Translations under genes and position numbers: made by a program
In this document: positions 12,000 through 24,895 of the stretch, one piece after another
How the letters are laid out: every line of letters begins with the position of its first letter
How positions within the stretch are numbered: the first letter of the stretch is position 1
Source of the DNA: Chiloscyllium plagiosum
Taxonomy: Eukaryota
DNA length: 46,868 nucleotides
Direction of reading: 5' to 3'
NCBI RefSeq assembly: GCF_004010195.1
Contig: NC_057751.1
Location: 18,477,185 to 18,524,052, forward strand
The notes under the pieces: model-generated
Told to the model about the DNA's origin: nothing
Database searches by the model: none
The model's input: only the letters and a program-made list of their open reading frames with translations

Positions 12000-12340
12000 A
12001 CGGTGATTCAATGTTCCGCACTGATACATCACAGCGCCAGAGATACGGGTTCTGAACCAGCCTTGGGTAACTATCTGCGTGGAGCTTGCACGTTTCCCCG
12101 TGTCTTTGTGGGTTACCTTTGGGTCCTCCGGTTCCATCCCTCAATCCAAAGAAGTGCAAGTTAGGTGACTTAGCCGTGCTAATTTGTCCAAAGTGTTCAG
12201 GGATAAGTAGGCTAGTTGTATTGGTCTGGGCTACATGTACAGTGACAGGGTAGGGGAAATGGGTGTGGAGGGTTTACTCTTCGATTGGTTGGTGTGGATT
12301 TGCTGGACGCGTGCCGCAAACTGTCAGGAATTCTATGTTC
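12000..12340 (+). mobile_element. Older HE1/V-SINE copy
   Basis: cacagcgccagagatacgggttc...gtggagcttgcacgtttccccgtgtc...ttggtgtgga. Confidence 0.75.
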
Positions 12341-12769
12341 AGAAGTTCACAGTCGATACAAGAAATGATTGGCACAAGGAGAGATAGCAATTGGGTTTAG
12401 AGAGAGAGAGAGAGAGAGATCTTCTCTCCTGATTCTTTCAGAGATCGATAACTGAAACATTGCTGTATCAAGCCTCCACCAATAGCACACCTGTCTCGAA
12501 AATTAAATGTGTTGCTTCTCTCTCTGGAAGAAACTTCCCCTTTCGTGAAGGGAATTCAGTTGTACTGAAGATAATGCAAACTTGATAGTTCACTCTGCTT
12601 AGATTCGCAATTTGGATTCTGCCATGGTCATTGATAGATAATATTCACAGGAGGTTGACAATTTACTCGTAAAAATGAGTATCAGTTAATATCGTCCCTT
12701 TGTTCAGCAAAAAAATGCTATTTCAACCAAAGTTAAAATTAATTGCGATGGTCTCACGAATGCACCAGC

Positions 12770-13200
12770 AATGAGCAAGAGGAAGCCTCTCGGCTCTTTA
12801 GGCCTTCTCCAGACTTCAATAAGATAGTGGCTTATCTAATTTATAACTCAATTCTGCACTCCTGCGGTGCCCAGATGACATTTCATTGCCATTGTCATTG
12901 AGACCTCACTCCCTCTGCCGTGCAAACGTTGGAAGATTTTGCTTCCACTCACGTTTGAGGAAAGAATTGCACGAGTGTTCCAGCCTGGAGAGAGAGAAGA
13001 ATGTTTCCTCGCCTCAGTCTTAAATGGTCAAGTCCTCCTTTTGAACGTGGACCCTGGTACTAGATTTCATCATAAGCGGAAATATCATCTCCCAGCCAAC
13101 ACATTCCGCTCTGCTCAGGATCATGTGCATTTCTGTTATGTCACCATTTATTTTCCTGAACCACAACGACACAGGTCCGTTTGCTTTTCCTGATATGGAA
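12770..13200 (-). mobile_element. CR1 3' end, degraded
   Basis: Reverse-complement CR1 3' UTR and ORF2-end motifs (ttcaataagatagtggct, agagagaagaatgtttcctcgcctcagtcttaaatgg). Confidence 0.6.
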
Positions 13201-13634
13201 AACAGATCATTTGATTGTTGTCACAAATATTAGATATGAAGGTGCCACAGTTTTCTTCTCAACAGCAACCACACAGATAGCCAAAGTTGTACTGCATCCA
13301 CCTTTTCCCTACTATCAACGGTTAACTTGATTCCAGTAGAAAATTTATTTTTCGGAGAACACGGCTCAAGTTGGATTGTTTTGACTCGTACCTGCATTAA
13401 ATTTATGATATTGCTTAGTTACAGTCTCGTTTCTAGACCAGTATGAATTAACATTGATGCTTGAACCCCGCTTCTACAGTCTTCGGTTCCTTCATTTTTT
13501 TCACTTAGGAATTGCTTTCGTGTGTTCAAGTGTACTGAAGACTGGCAGATTGCATTGGTTCTACATCAGCAGTCAAACCCCATGCCTGACAAATTCATAT
13601 TCTCTCTCTCTCTTTCACTGATACAATGTAAGTC

Positions 13635-13890
13635 ATTAAGGACTGAGATGGCAAGAAATATCATGACCGAGGGAATTGGTAGCCTGTGGAATTCTCTGCC
13701 AGAAAAGTTTAGAATAAGACTGCGTATGTCTTGGAGAAGGCTGAAATACGCTTCTTATGGTCTTGGAGATCGTTCGGTAAGAGGGAGAACGTGCGAACAT
13801 GGGACAGAGTTGATCGTTGAGCCAGAAACATATGGAATGGCAGAGCAGGTTTGAAGGTCTGAGGCGCTTGCGCCTATTCCTATGTTCAAT
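13635..13890 (+). mobile_element. CR1 3' end, degraded
   Basis: RTEMARNIMTEGIGSLWNSLPEK, then 3' UTR gaatggcagagcagg...cctattcctatgttc. Confidence 0.65.
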
Positions 13891-14029
13891 GTATTTGTTT
13901 CTGGTAATTGGGTATCCCAATTGTTTATCGAGTAATTAGTCTGAGTTTATTCGAAACTATCTTTGATATTGTTTTTAATCTTGTCACTAAAAAAGGTTCG
14001 AATCAATCTCAGCAAATATAAGAATCAAG

Positions 14030-14450
14030 CATACTTATGGCACTGTCCACTTACATTTTGTCAACAGGAATATAATTCTGTGAACAATTGACTGAATGCA
14101 GTAGGGCTACGGATGGATGGTTGCATTTTTCTATATTATCATAGTCCTCCATGGGTGAATGCATTTCTCTTTATTTCAGTATTCAATACCCCACTGTGTA
14201 TCCTCAGACTGTGACCCTTGGTTTGTACTCCTTGATCATTGGTAACATCCTTCCTGCATTTACCTGATTTGTTCCGATCAGAATTTTGTAACTTTCTATG
14301 AGATCACCCCTTCATTCGTATAAAGTGCAATGAATATGGTCGTCAGTGAATTCTTCATTCATTTGTCCTGCCATCGCAGGGGTCACGCTGCTAAACCTTT
14401 GTTGATCTCCACCTATCCTCCACAAATCACTCCTCAGGTAAGGGTAACAT
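14030..14450 (-). mobile_element. CR1 3' fragment, degraded
   Basis: gaatgcatttctc...ctcagactgtgaccc...tctatgagatcacccc, reverse-strand CR1 motifs. Confidence 0.55.
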
Positions 14451-14453
14451 AAT

Positions 14454-14682
14454 GTGGGCGGCACGGTGGCACAGTGGCACAGTGGTTAGCTCTGCTGCCT
14501 CGCAGCGCCAGAGACCCGGGTTCAATTCCCGACTCAGGCGACTGACTGTGTGGAGTTTGCATGTTCTCCCCGTGTCTGCGTGGGTTTCCTCCAGGTGCTC
14601 CGGTTTCCTCCCACAGTCACAAAGATGTGCAGGTTAGGTGAATTGGCCATACTAAATTGCCCGTAAATTGGCCATACTAAAT
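14454..14682 (+). mobile_element. HE1 SINE, 3'-truncated, with a short internal duplication (aattggccatactaaatt twice)
   Basis: Close match to 15439-15746 up to taaattgcccgta. Confidence 0.9.
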
Positions 14683-14774
14683 TCCACCTCCTGATCCTGC
14701 CTGGCTGTGTTCTTCCAGCCTCCTGCCTTTCTATTTGGAATGCAGCATCTGCAGTTTTTTTTGTTTCTGATCGA

Positions 14775-15780
14775 GAACTAGTTGGCAGAGTTCAGTGCTT
14801 GGATCCCAGCTGTTCACTATGCGTTAACAATTTGGACGAAGGAATTGAATGCAGCCTTTCCAAATTTGCCAATGATACTAAGCTGGGTGGCAGGGCCTCC
14901 AGTGAGGAGGATGGCAAGAGGCTGCAGGGTGACTTTGGCAGGCTGTTCAAGCGGGCAAATACTTGGCAGATGTAATATAATGTGGATAAATGTGAGGTTA
15001 TGCACTTTGGTTGCATGAAGAGGAAGGCTGATTTACTAGTTGAATGGTGGCAGTTTAGGAAAAGGTGAGGTGCAACCAGACCTGGGTGTCATGGTGAAAT
15101 AATCGCTGAAGGTTAGCATGTGGGTGAAGCAGACAGTGAGGAAAGGTAACGACATGCTGGCCCTCCTAGCAAGAGGGTCTGAGTATTGGAGTAGGGATGT
15201 TTTACTGAAGTTATACAGAGCTTTGGTGAGGCCATACCTTGAGTATTGTGTGCAGTTCTGGTCTCCTAATCTGAGGAAAAACATTCTTGCTGTTGAGGGA
15301 GCAAGTGAATGTTCACCAGACTTAGTTGCAGGATGACAGGACTGACAGATGAACAAAGACTGGATCAATTGAGCCTGTCCTCACTGGAATTTGTAAGAAT
15401 GAGGTCTATCTGATAGAAACATATATAATGGTGGAACCCGGCACGGTGGCACAGTGGTTAGCACTGTTGCCTCACAGCACCGGAGACCCGGGTTCAATTC
15501 CCGCCTCAGGCGACTGACTGTGTGGAGTTTGCACGTTCTCCCCGTGGCTGCGTGGCTTTCCTCCGGGTGCTCCGGTTTCCTCCCACAACACCAAAGATGT
15601 GCAGGGTCAGGTGAATTGGCCATACTAAATTGCCTGTAGTGTTAGGTAAGGGGTAAATGTAGGGGTATGGGTGGGTTTCGCTTCGGCGGGTCGGTGTGGA
15701 CTTGTTGGGCCGAAGGGCCTGTTTCCACACCTTAATCTAATCTAATAATTCTGATGGACCTAGACAGGCTGGATGTAGAA
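14775..15780 (+). mobile_element. CR1 RT/C-terminal fragment interrupted by an HE1 SINE
   Basis: ccaaatttgccaatgatactaagctggg (KFA.DTKL) and LLKLYRALVRPYLEYCVQFWSP. Confidence 0.85.
15439..15746 (+). mobile_element. HE1 SINE
   Basis: tRNA head, V-domain and taatc tail all present. Confidence 0.92.
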
Positions 15781-16030
15781 CATTAAAGTACAGCACAGAA
15801 CAGGCCCTTAGGCCCATGATGTTGTGCCGAGACTTTATCCTAATGTAAAATATAGTAACTTAACCGATGCAGCCTTCGACTCATTGCTGTCCATGTGCAT
15901 GTCCAGCAGTCGCTTAAATGTCGCCAATGACTTTGTTTCCATCACTTCAGCTGGCAACGCATTCCATGCATTCGCAACTCTCTGCGTAAAGAACCTACCT
16001 CTGACGTCTCCTTTATACCTTCCTCGACAT
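15778..16030 (-). mobile_element. CR1 3' tail
   Basis: gtacagcacagaacaggccctt...ccatgatgttgtgccga is the reverse complement of the CR1 3' end seen at 44780-44842. Confidence 0.75.
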
Positions 16031-16698
16031 CCCCGCTCTGTACTTTAATCCTCTTACGATGAAGGTCAACGTACCTTCATCACAACCCGCTGCTCCTATA
16101 ATGCTGACTTCAGCCCCAGATGTAAGAGGGGCATCCTGGTCTTCGTGCAGATCATTATTTCCAAAGCTATGACCGCTCAGATAATAATACGCCTTCCTGT
16201 TTTTTCATCTAAAACCTCACATTGAACCATATTATACCTTCCCCGCTGCGATGCATTCCCCCTCCTCCTCACACAAACCGGACAGAAGTATCTCTGTATC
16301 ATTCTCATAACTTTGTATTGTCTGAAAATTGGTGAAATGGTTTTGAGATCTTGCCTCTAATCATGAACGATTAATGTGAACAGTTTAGTTTCTAACACTT
16401 GCCCCGGGAAATCCGGCACTGATCCAGGCGTAATGTCACTCAAAACCAACTGCAACACAGAAAATGATTGGATCATTCCCACTCTTTGTTCCCTATGTGC
16501 CAGTCCATTCTCTACCCATGTCAGTGTACAACACGGGTTTCAATGTTAAATCCCAGCCATTTCTTGGGAACTTATCGAATACCTTCTCAAAGAAATAGCT
16601 TTCCGTTAGCATCTCTAATAGTTGCATACTTAAAATAAAGCTCCTGTGGATTGCCGTTTTGAAAATTCGTGCTGATTCTGTTGGATTCTTTAAATTTT

Positions 16699-16795
16699 AG
16701 AACATAGAACATAGAACATAGAAGAATACAGCGCAGTACAGGCCCTTGGGCCCTCGATGTTGCGCCGAACCAAGCCCACCTAAACTACACTAACC
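16699..16795 (-). mobile_element. 97-bp 5'-truncated CR1 tail flanked by a 74/88-bp direct duplication
   Basis: (agaacat)n tail. Flanks 16625-16698 and 16796-16883 are identical except for a 14-bp indel. Confidence 0.85.
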
Positions 16796-18462
16796 CATAC
16801 TTAAAATAAAGCTCCTGTGGATGTGCCAAGTGTGATTGCCGTTTTGAAAATTCGTGCTGATTCTGTTGGATTCTTTAAATTTTCAAGGTGTTCTTCTCTT
16901 AAAACATTTATCGTGGACTCTAGCCTGTTCCCTCATGACTGATATCATGAGGGATATGATATCAGGCTGTCCCCCAGCCTAACAGATCGATAATTCCCTG
17001 TTTTCAGCCTATCTTCTTTAAAAAAAGGAGTGTTTACTTGACCTCACCTCCAATATTTGGGAAACTTTCCAGAGCTTACGTCTTCTAATATGACCACCAG
17101 CACGGGATTTCCAGGACCTTAACAACTCATAAGGGGATGCAGATTAATGTGCTGACAATAATAAAAAAAAGGATAACTTGATGTTACTTGAATTGTAGAA
17201 GAACTCCATAAACAATGCGGAATAATTTCATAATGCATATTTTTACTTATGGTGTGCTCATCAAGTAAGTACACGAGTCTGAGGGGGGAATTCACTGGGA
17301 CTCATTAGACAGTTGGGACTTGTATCGATTGAATGTTGGGACCTATCCCAACTGAATAAATCTTGTCTCACACGAATTTAGAATATCGTCTTTGTGCACT
17401 AATGCTGGTGGAGGACGTTGTCCCCAAATGCCAGGAGTACTGAGGATAACAATTAGTGACCTCTGCTGGGCAGACTGAGTTAGGATTATTGTCTTACGAT
17501 ACTATCATTCAGGCATCCACTCTCATTGCATTTCCCAGTTGCACCATCACCCTCCCCAGTATTCAGGGCTAAATACCAGTTTGTTATGGAATAGACCGAA
17601 CCACACAAGATATGACAAGGAGATAGCCTGAACTAGAACTTCGACTTGAAGACACGTGCCAGGCCCTGGACTGATTTAATTGGTCCCTCACTCGTATTTA
17701 AGCAAAATACACTTCTAAACTATGTTATGATTATTCTTATCTTTCTAAATTATAGTGAGTCCAGGGCTAAACTGCTCAATCTTTCATTGAAAGGCAAGTT
17801 TTCAACTCGACAGTCAATTGTGTAACTCTTCCTCGGATTGTCTCGAACAAACAAGATGAACGCTGATGGGAATGTTGGAGACCATAATGTTTGCACAGTC
17901 TCATTAAGTTATATTAGTAACGAATGTTGCAGTCGTGTGTAGCTTCAAATTCACAAATGGATTCAGTGTTCGTGCTCACAAGGAGTGATTTGGAGGTAAT
18001 AATTAGGAAAGTGATTAAAACACTTGAAAACGGTGATCTCAGCCTCGCGAGCATTATTTTGGGGAAGACCGGTAATTATCCAGGACACCCGTCATTTTGA
18101 TAATTTACAAAGTGACAGAACAGACAGAGATGCTTGTAAGGCTCAAATTTGATCCTGGCCACTTGAAGTCAGGCGCTTTTCTATTGAATACTGACACTGA
18201 GGGAGAATTTTTAATTCAGTATCAGAAATACGACATCTCTGAGGATTGATTCCTGAGTGGGTCCACATGATCCATCACTTTATTTACATCAGAGTAAAAA
18301 TCATGATGTAGTTTTTGTTTATGTAAGCAATCGTAATGGTCAGGGGAATACTAGTGATAATAGAGTCAATAAAGAGTAGGTCTGTTTCAAGTATATCATT
18401 TCATTTACGCGGAAGGTTGGCATTGTAGGCGGGAACAGCTCCCCTTTTTTTCCCACACGGAC

Positions 18463-18532
18463 ATGGGAAGACCACTTATCCGTCAAGCAGAGGACATTTT
18501 CTACCCTCTTCTGGCAGCGGTTGGTGTTCTTG
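18463..18532 (+). CDS. GPR139-like paralog B, coding exon 1 (MGRPLIRQAEDIFYPLLAAVGVL)
   Basis: ATG 18463, 23 codons plus 1 nt, then donor G|GTAAG at 18532/18533. The phase-1 end joins in frame to the acceptor at 23559, giving a continuous TM1 (FYPLLAAVGVLVNVVAIAIL). Confidence 0.85.
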
Positions 18533-18829
18533 GTAAGCCCTGATTTCAGCAATGAATCGTATAAATTTGACATTGTGTCTGGAAGGATTCCTGCTTGTAT
18601 TCATAAACACGTTGTACATTTTTCTTTCTCTCCATTGAAAGCAGTTGCATGACACTTCCCATAGCTGTTGATTATAGAAAGAGTGCATATTTTCTTATTA
18701 GCAACCATCAATGCTTGCTTTCTCAATGTTTTATTCTGTATTACAATTTTGTGAACATGAATTCTCCAGTTTAAAACTCTGCATCAGATTCCAATGTCTA
18801 TTATAAACATTATTTTTGGAACAGATCTG

Positions 18830-19060
18830 TCTTGTCAGTGATGGAGTTAATGAATGGATGTTGATGCCGTGCCAATGAAGTAGGCTTCTTCACCCTGCAT
18901 AGTAAAATTTGTTGAGTGTTGTGGAACTGCACTCGTCCAGGCAAGTGTGAAGTATTACATCACACTCCTGGCTTATTTTTTGTTGATGGCAGACATAGTT
19001 TGTGGAGTCAGGAGTCTGTTATTCAGTGATGGATTCCAAATTTCTGATGTTCACTTTTCG
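18830..19060 (-). mobile_element. LINE (CR1/L2-clade) ORF2 C-terminal remnant in the paralog B intron
   Basis: Reverse strand resembles LLTPQ...KxxVRSVMEY..LAW motif. Confidence 0.5.
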
Positions 19061-19854
19061 TACTGGACTTTGACTTAAGAACAGAAGAAATAAGCCACTC
19101 AGCTACTTGATAAGAACATGGCTGATCCTTTTGTGGACTCAGTTCCCCTTACCCGCCCATGCACCAGAACTCGGAATTCCTGTACCCTTCAAAAGTCTAA
19201 CTTAATTTGCTTAAGAAAACAATTAACGATGTGGCCTCAATTGCCTCACTCGACATGGCAATTCCACAGGTCGAAATAATACGTGTCGTCCAGTTCAGTG
19301 TCTGACCACTGACCACCCGCAGGCCATTGATACTGGAGTAATTCAGAGAAATAACTGGGATAATGAGCTAATATGTGGATTCTCTCATACTGGACCTGGT
19401 ATTTGGCTGAGACATATGTGGTGACGATGTGTTTTCTTCTCACCTTTCATCATTGCTCAAAAAGTCATTCCTTTTGGAGAGTGTAATGACCAAAGAGAAC
19501 TCCATGATTAACTGCATTATTCTAAAGGGATACCTGATGTAATACCGTTCTCTCACCCTTTGTGTTTATCTGAGCTGCAGAATTATAGCAGGCAAAAGGG
19601 ATTCCCTCAGTTTTCAAAAATCGGCGACATGGAAGGGTTGGGGGAAAGGGCCTGTTTCCACATTGTAAATGTCTATGACTCAATGCCTGTATGAAATGTA
19701 TCGATAGATCAAGTGTCGCAAATTTGCGACGTTGACATTCATCAATAAACATTTGAAAGGCCAAAGTGTCATGAATACACCCGCTTGAGATACTTGAGGT
19801 TCGTAGGATAACGGAACTTTGTGCACAAATGATTCTGCAGGAAATGACAGCATA

Positions 19855-22800
19855 AATAATAGGAGCAACAATTGGACATCTGCCCCATTAAGCCTGCGGT
19901 GCCATTCAATCAGATCATGGTTCTTTTTTGTTCGTGGACACAGCTCCACTTACCTGCAAGCTCACCATCGCTATTCATTCAGTTACTGTTCAAACGTCCA
20001 TCTGTCTTTGCCATAAAAACATTCAAAAATGTGCCCTCAACTGTTTCACTAGGCAGGGAATTCCACAGATTCACAATCCTTTGGAGAAGAAATGTCTTCT
20101 CACTTTATTCCCCAATCTGCTTGTCCGTATTTTGAATGACTTCTCCCACTGAAAGCAACCTCCCTACCTGCTTCTATATTGTCTGTTCCCTTCCCAATAT
20201 TACATGCTTCTGTAAGATCCGACCTCATTATTTTAAATTCCAATGATTATAGATCAAGCTACTCACTTTCTGCACATAAGCCAACTCTGGAATCTTCTGA
20301 ATGAAAGTCTTCTGCACTCTTCCTGTGCCATTATGCCCTTTCTCAATTAAGGTGACCATACCTGTGCACAGTACTCCAGTTGTAGCCTCACCAGCAATCT
20401 GTACAGCTACAGCATAACCTGTTCGCTTTTAAACACCATCTTTGTAGTAATGAAGAAAAATATTCAATTTCCCTTCTTAAATTACTTGCTGTTACTGAAA
20501 ACCACCATTTTGTGATTCATGCATAGGCATGCATAGGTCCTTCAGCATAGCACTATGCTGCAATTAGTCATTTTACTCAGAAATAAATAAAGTATTTTGC
20601 CACTTTCCCGAACAAAGCGGGTGAGCTCACGTGTACCAATATTGCACTCCATTGGCGAGACAATTGCCCACTCAATCAGCATTGCCAAAACCCTCTCCTG
20701 TCTTCCACTGTCCTCTGCACATTTCTTCTACTATTCATCTTAGTGTCACCTGCGAACTTTCACACACTAGGATTGGCCCTGAAATCCCAATCATTCACGG
20801 AAATTGTGAATAATTGCGATCCAACACTGGTCCCTGAGAGAAAGCACCAGCCACTGATCTTTAACTAGGAAACACCCATTTATACCGACTCATTGCTTTC
20901 TGTTAGTTCACCAAACTTCTAACTATGCTAATCCAGTAACACACTGACTCTTGATCTTATGCAGAAGCTTTTTGTGTGGCACCTGTTGAAATCCTTCTGG
21001 ATCACCATATCCACCAGTTCCACCACACCCATAATATCTTCAAAGAATAACTGTAAAGCAGTTAAACATCACTTAACTTTCATGAACTCATGCTGCTTCT
21101 GTCAGATGGGGCAATTACGGTCCAGATGTTCGTCTATTCTTTTCCTCAATGAATGATTCGGACGTTTTCCTTGTGACAGATGTTAAGCTAACGGGACGAT
21201 GCTTTTCCCCCTTTGTCTGCCTCTTTTGTTAAACAGTGGACTCACATTTTCTATTTTACAAACTGTCAGAATCGGCCTAGAGTCCAACAGATTATTACTA
21301 AATTACTAGAAGCGCATTTGTTATTTCGCCTACTATCTCTTCTAATACCCGAGATGCATTCTGTTGGGGTGAGGAGACTTGTCTATCTTTAGCTTGACGA
21401 ACACTTCTGGTTTAGTGATAATGATCTTTTCTGCATCCTAACCTGCCATCACATCCTTATCATCAATTATTACCATTTTGTTGTGTCTTCAGCTGTGAAC
21501 ACCGACAGAAAACAACTGTTCAACCTATCGGCCATTTCTGCATTTCCCATTTTTACATCCCCACTTCTATCCTCTGAACGACAAACGCTTACCTTAGCCA
21601 GTTGCTTTTGTGTCATGTAATTGTGGGAAGTTCTGCTCACATGCTTTCGATATTCTGTGCGATTTTACTCTCGTACAATATCTGACCTTTCTTTATGCCT
21701 TTGTTTTTGTTAATTTCTGTTGACTTTTGAAGATTTACCAATCGTATAGTTTCTCAGTAATCTTAGTCACTTTGTGTGCATTAACTTTCCATTTGATACC
21801 TTCATTCATTTCTTTAGTTTTCCATATTTAATTACCGCTTTTCTGACAGTCCTTACTTTCTTTAGTATGTACTTTGTTGAGCACTGTGAAAAATTGCTTT
21901 GGAAGTCCTCCATTGTTCCTCAGTTGTCCTACCATATAGCCTTTGCTCCCATTCTGCCTTAATCAATTCCTCCCTCATCCCATTGTTATCTTCTTTGTTT
22001 AAGCACAAGGAATTGGTATTGGATTTCACCTTCTCAGCCTTCACCTGTATTTTATTTAAATTCGCTTGTGAATGCTTCTTCTGAGAGGATCCCTAACTAT
22101 GACATCGTTAATTATTCCTGCGTCATTACACATGGCCAGATCTAGGATACCTTCCTTCCTCATAGGTTCGCATCCATACTGTTCGATGAAACGAGCACGG
22201 ATGCATTCTATTAAATCTTCATAGAATACAGTCAATATGTAGATTCAAATGTCCAATGGTAATTGCCGTACCATTTTTATATTGATCAGTTATTTCTTTG
22301 TTATTGTTCGTCCGTTATGATGCTATATTTTGGTGGTCCATAGATTAAAAATCGCAAGGGATAACAGTCACTGACAAGCTAATCCACTGGCAAAGTTTCT
22401 GCCATTTTCTCCATAGAAATTGTACTGCGCTGATAGCATCCTTAAATATCAGAACTACACAACTTCTGTTTCATTCCCCTCTGTTCTTCCGAATAGTCTG
22501 ATACCTTTGAATGTTTGACTCCCAGTCATGGCCACCCTACAACCATGTCTCTGCAATGGCCACAGAATTATGCATATTCACGATGATTTATATCGTCAAC
22601 TCGTTTCCCTTGTTTAGAATGCTGTGGTGCTGCTGGATTTGATATGGCTGCGATTCCCTGAGTCATGGTCAGAACGCAACTGAGAGCACCAGTTGGATAT
22701 TGGGATAACCTTACAGGACTCCTGTTCCACCCTGCCTCGCCAAATGCTTGCATTCGCTGGGCACCCAATCACTATCCTCCTGCATCCTTTTAAACCGAGG

Positions 22801-23210
22801 ATAACTACTACCTTGTACGTGCCATTCACATAAATCCCGTCCTCCCAGGTGCTCCTCGATGCCTCCAGACCTCGCCTAAGCTCCCTAACCAGGCACTTGG
22901 GGTGTAGGCATGCAAAGAACGACCTGCACACCAGTTGATCTTCGATGCAATCAGAACGGAAAAGCTCCTAAATGTCACAGCTGGAGCATACTGCTTGAAG
23001 GAGCTAGCCTTTTGTTAACCTAAAAAATTACTCTCGAAAAATAATGAATCGTGGTATCAATGAAACATACTAACAGTTAATATTAAGTCTGGTCATTTGA
23101 GCAGGTGATTTATCTGGAATAAGAAAATGAAAGATATCTACTCAAAACTCCAAAGGCCAGTAAATTACTGACTTTCCACTCTGGATCCTCACGCTTCCTC
23201 GCACCAGAAG
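19855..23210 (-). mobile_element. Long, internally deleted CR1 (ORF1 remnant, endonuclease, RT, 3' tail), antisense in the paralog B intron
   Basis: 3' tail at about 19860. EWEQRL.GRTTEEQWRTSK and RT motifs. ORF1-like RGRVEQES..VIPISN at about 22700-22930. Confidence 0.75.
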
Positions 23211-23558
23211 CTGTTCAGGCTTGTCATTCTCTAATCGCTCCCTTGTTGTTGCCATATAGAAACTGTTGTTGTGATATCACGCAGGATCAAAGGAATTTAA
23301 ATTACTCAAGGAATATAAGGCAGGGTGGGAACTGGGAATGGTTAAACATTACTGAAGAAGAATTTGCTGGACTAGAAAAACAGTTTCTTCTCAATAGTCT
23401 GTATAAGATGAAGATCCAAAATATATGCTTAACTCTGTTCAGGTACTGCTCTCAATATAAGAAGTGAAACTGGCATTCTTAATGCAGAATCAATCAATTA
23501 CTTTGCGATTTCTTGAGCTGATCAGGAATAAAAACAAAAGTTTCTTTCTCTGTTGCAG

Positions 23559-24457
23559 TTAATGTTGTGGCTATTGCGATCTTATGCCAGGGAAGGTGTG
23601 GTCTGTCCAAGTGCATAACCAGCTACCTTGTCGGTATGGCAGTGGCAGATCTTCTCGTCGTCATCTCAGACCCCGTGTTGAACTGGATAGGTACCATTTA
23701 TTTCCCACTCTCATTCCTGAACATCACCACCGTTTGCTCTTTAGTAATATTTTTGCTATATGCGACCCGAGTGATATCTGTTTGGCTCACTGTGGCTTTC
23801 ACATTAGATCGATTTGTAGCCATATGTTGGGAGAAATTGAAAACAAAATATTGCACTGGAAAAACAGCAGCTACGATCATTGGAGCAATATGTGTTCTGG
23901 GCTGTTTGGAGGCTATCCCTTGGTACTTTGTATCTGAACCACAATACACGATTGATAATGTTCCATGGAAGTGTGTTTTTAAACTGAGTTTCTATACATC
24001 GTCGAATTGGATTGCCTTTGACATGTTCCACCTAATTTTAACACCCAGTATCCCGTTCTTTCTTATATTTCTGCTCAACGTTCTGACAGTCAGACGAATT
24101 TTAGTGGCAAGTAGAGTCCGCTCTGGATTTTCGAACAGGAAGATCGGAGAAAACCAGAAAGATCCAGAGATGGAGAGCAGAAAGAAGTCAATCATTTTGC
24201 TCTTCAGTATATCCAGTAGTTTCATACTGTTGTGGGCAACGCAGGTTCAGTTCTGCATTTATCGCAGAATTACAAAAACACATTCGTACTCCCACTCAAA
24301 TGACCTCTATGCTATCGAATCTGTGGCGACTATGCTGCAACTCCTTAGTACGTGCACTAACACATGCATTTATGTACTAACTCAGTCTAAATTCCGAGAG
24401 CAGTTGACGAATATGGTGAAATGCCCCCTTAATATAATCACTAAGTTAATGAAATAA
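23559..24457 (+). CDS. GPR139-like paralog B, coding exon 2; spliced product 322 aa
   Basis: Acceptor tttctttctctgttgcag|TT. Intact frame to TAA 24457. Motifs GRCGLSKC, YLVGMAVAD, SVWLTVAFTLDRFVAIC, IDNVPWKC, DPEMESRKKSIILL, FILLW, NTCIY. Colinear with the 2134-3035 exon. Confidence 0.9.
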
Positions 24458-24774
24458 TCAAAATCGCTCAAACGTTTCAAACACTTACACCAAGGCTTAT
24501 TTCATTCCACACCCACTGGACTAAAAATATACTTTTCAACTGAAGCCATGAGTCATGCAATGATATTATAGCTCTATCTAATACAGGTTAATCCAAATTC
24601 TCATTAAATGGTTTGCATGCCAATTCATAACATTAGGTTTTGTTAAAGATACAGCATTAACTCGGTATGCTGTGCATGAAAAAAACACTGCCCTGCGCTC
24701 AAAGTAACATCGGAAATCATCAACAACAAAAACACATCTCCGCAAAAACACAGCAGTTTTTCCTTTTCTGAGTC

Positions 24775-24895
24775 TGCAAAGAAAAAAAGAGTCAAAGTTT
24801 CTCTCGACATATCCTGCAAAAACCTGCTCTGCATTTCCAGCAATTTCTGTTTTTGATTGCTAACATCTGTAATCGTTTGGAGTTTTTTTTTGGTT
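24775..24895 (+). mobile_element. Degraded Penelope pseudo-LTR fragment
   Basis: acctgctctgcatttccagcaatttctgtttttg; reverse-complement relative of 32980-33060. Confidence 0.45.

Noticed and set aside
23567..24457. Single-exon 296-aa ORF
   Set aside because: It starts at a GTG within TM1; a matching exon 1 exists at 18463-18532.
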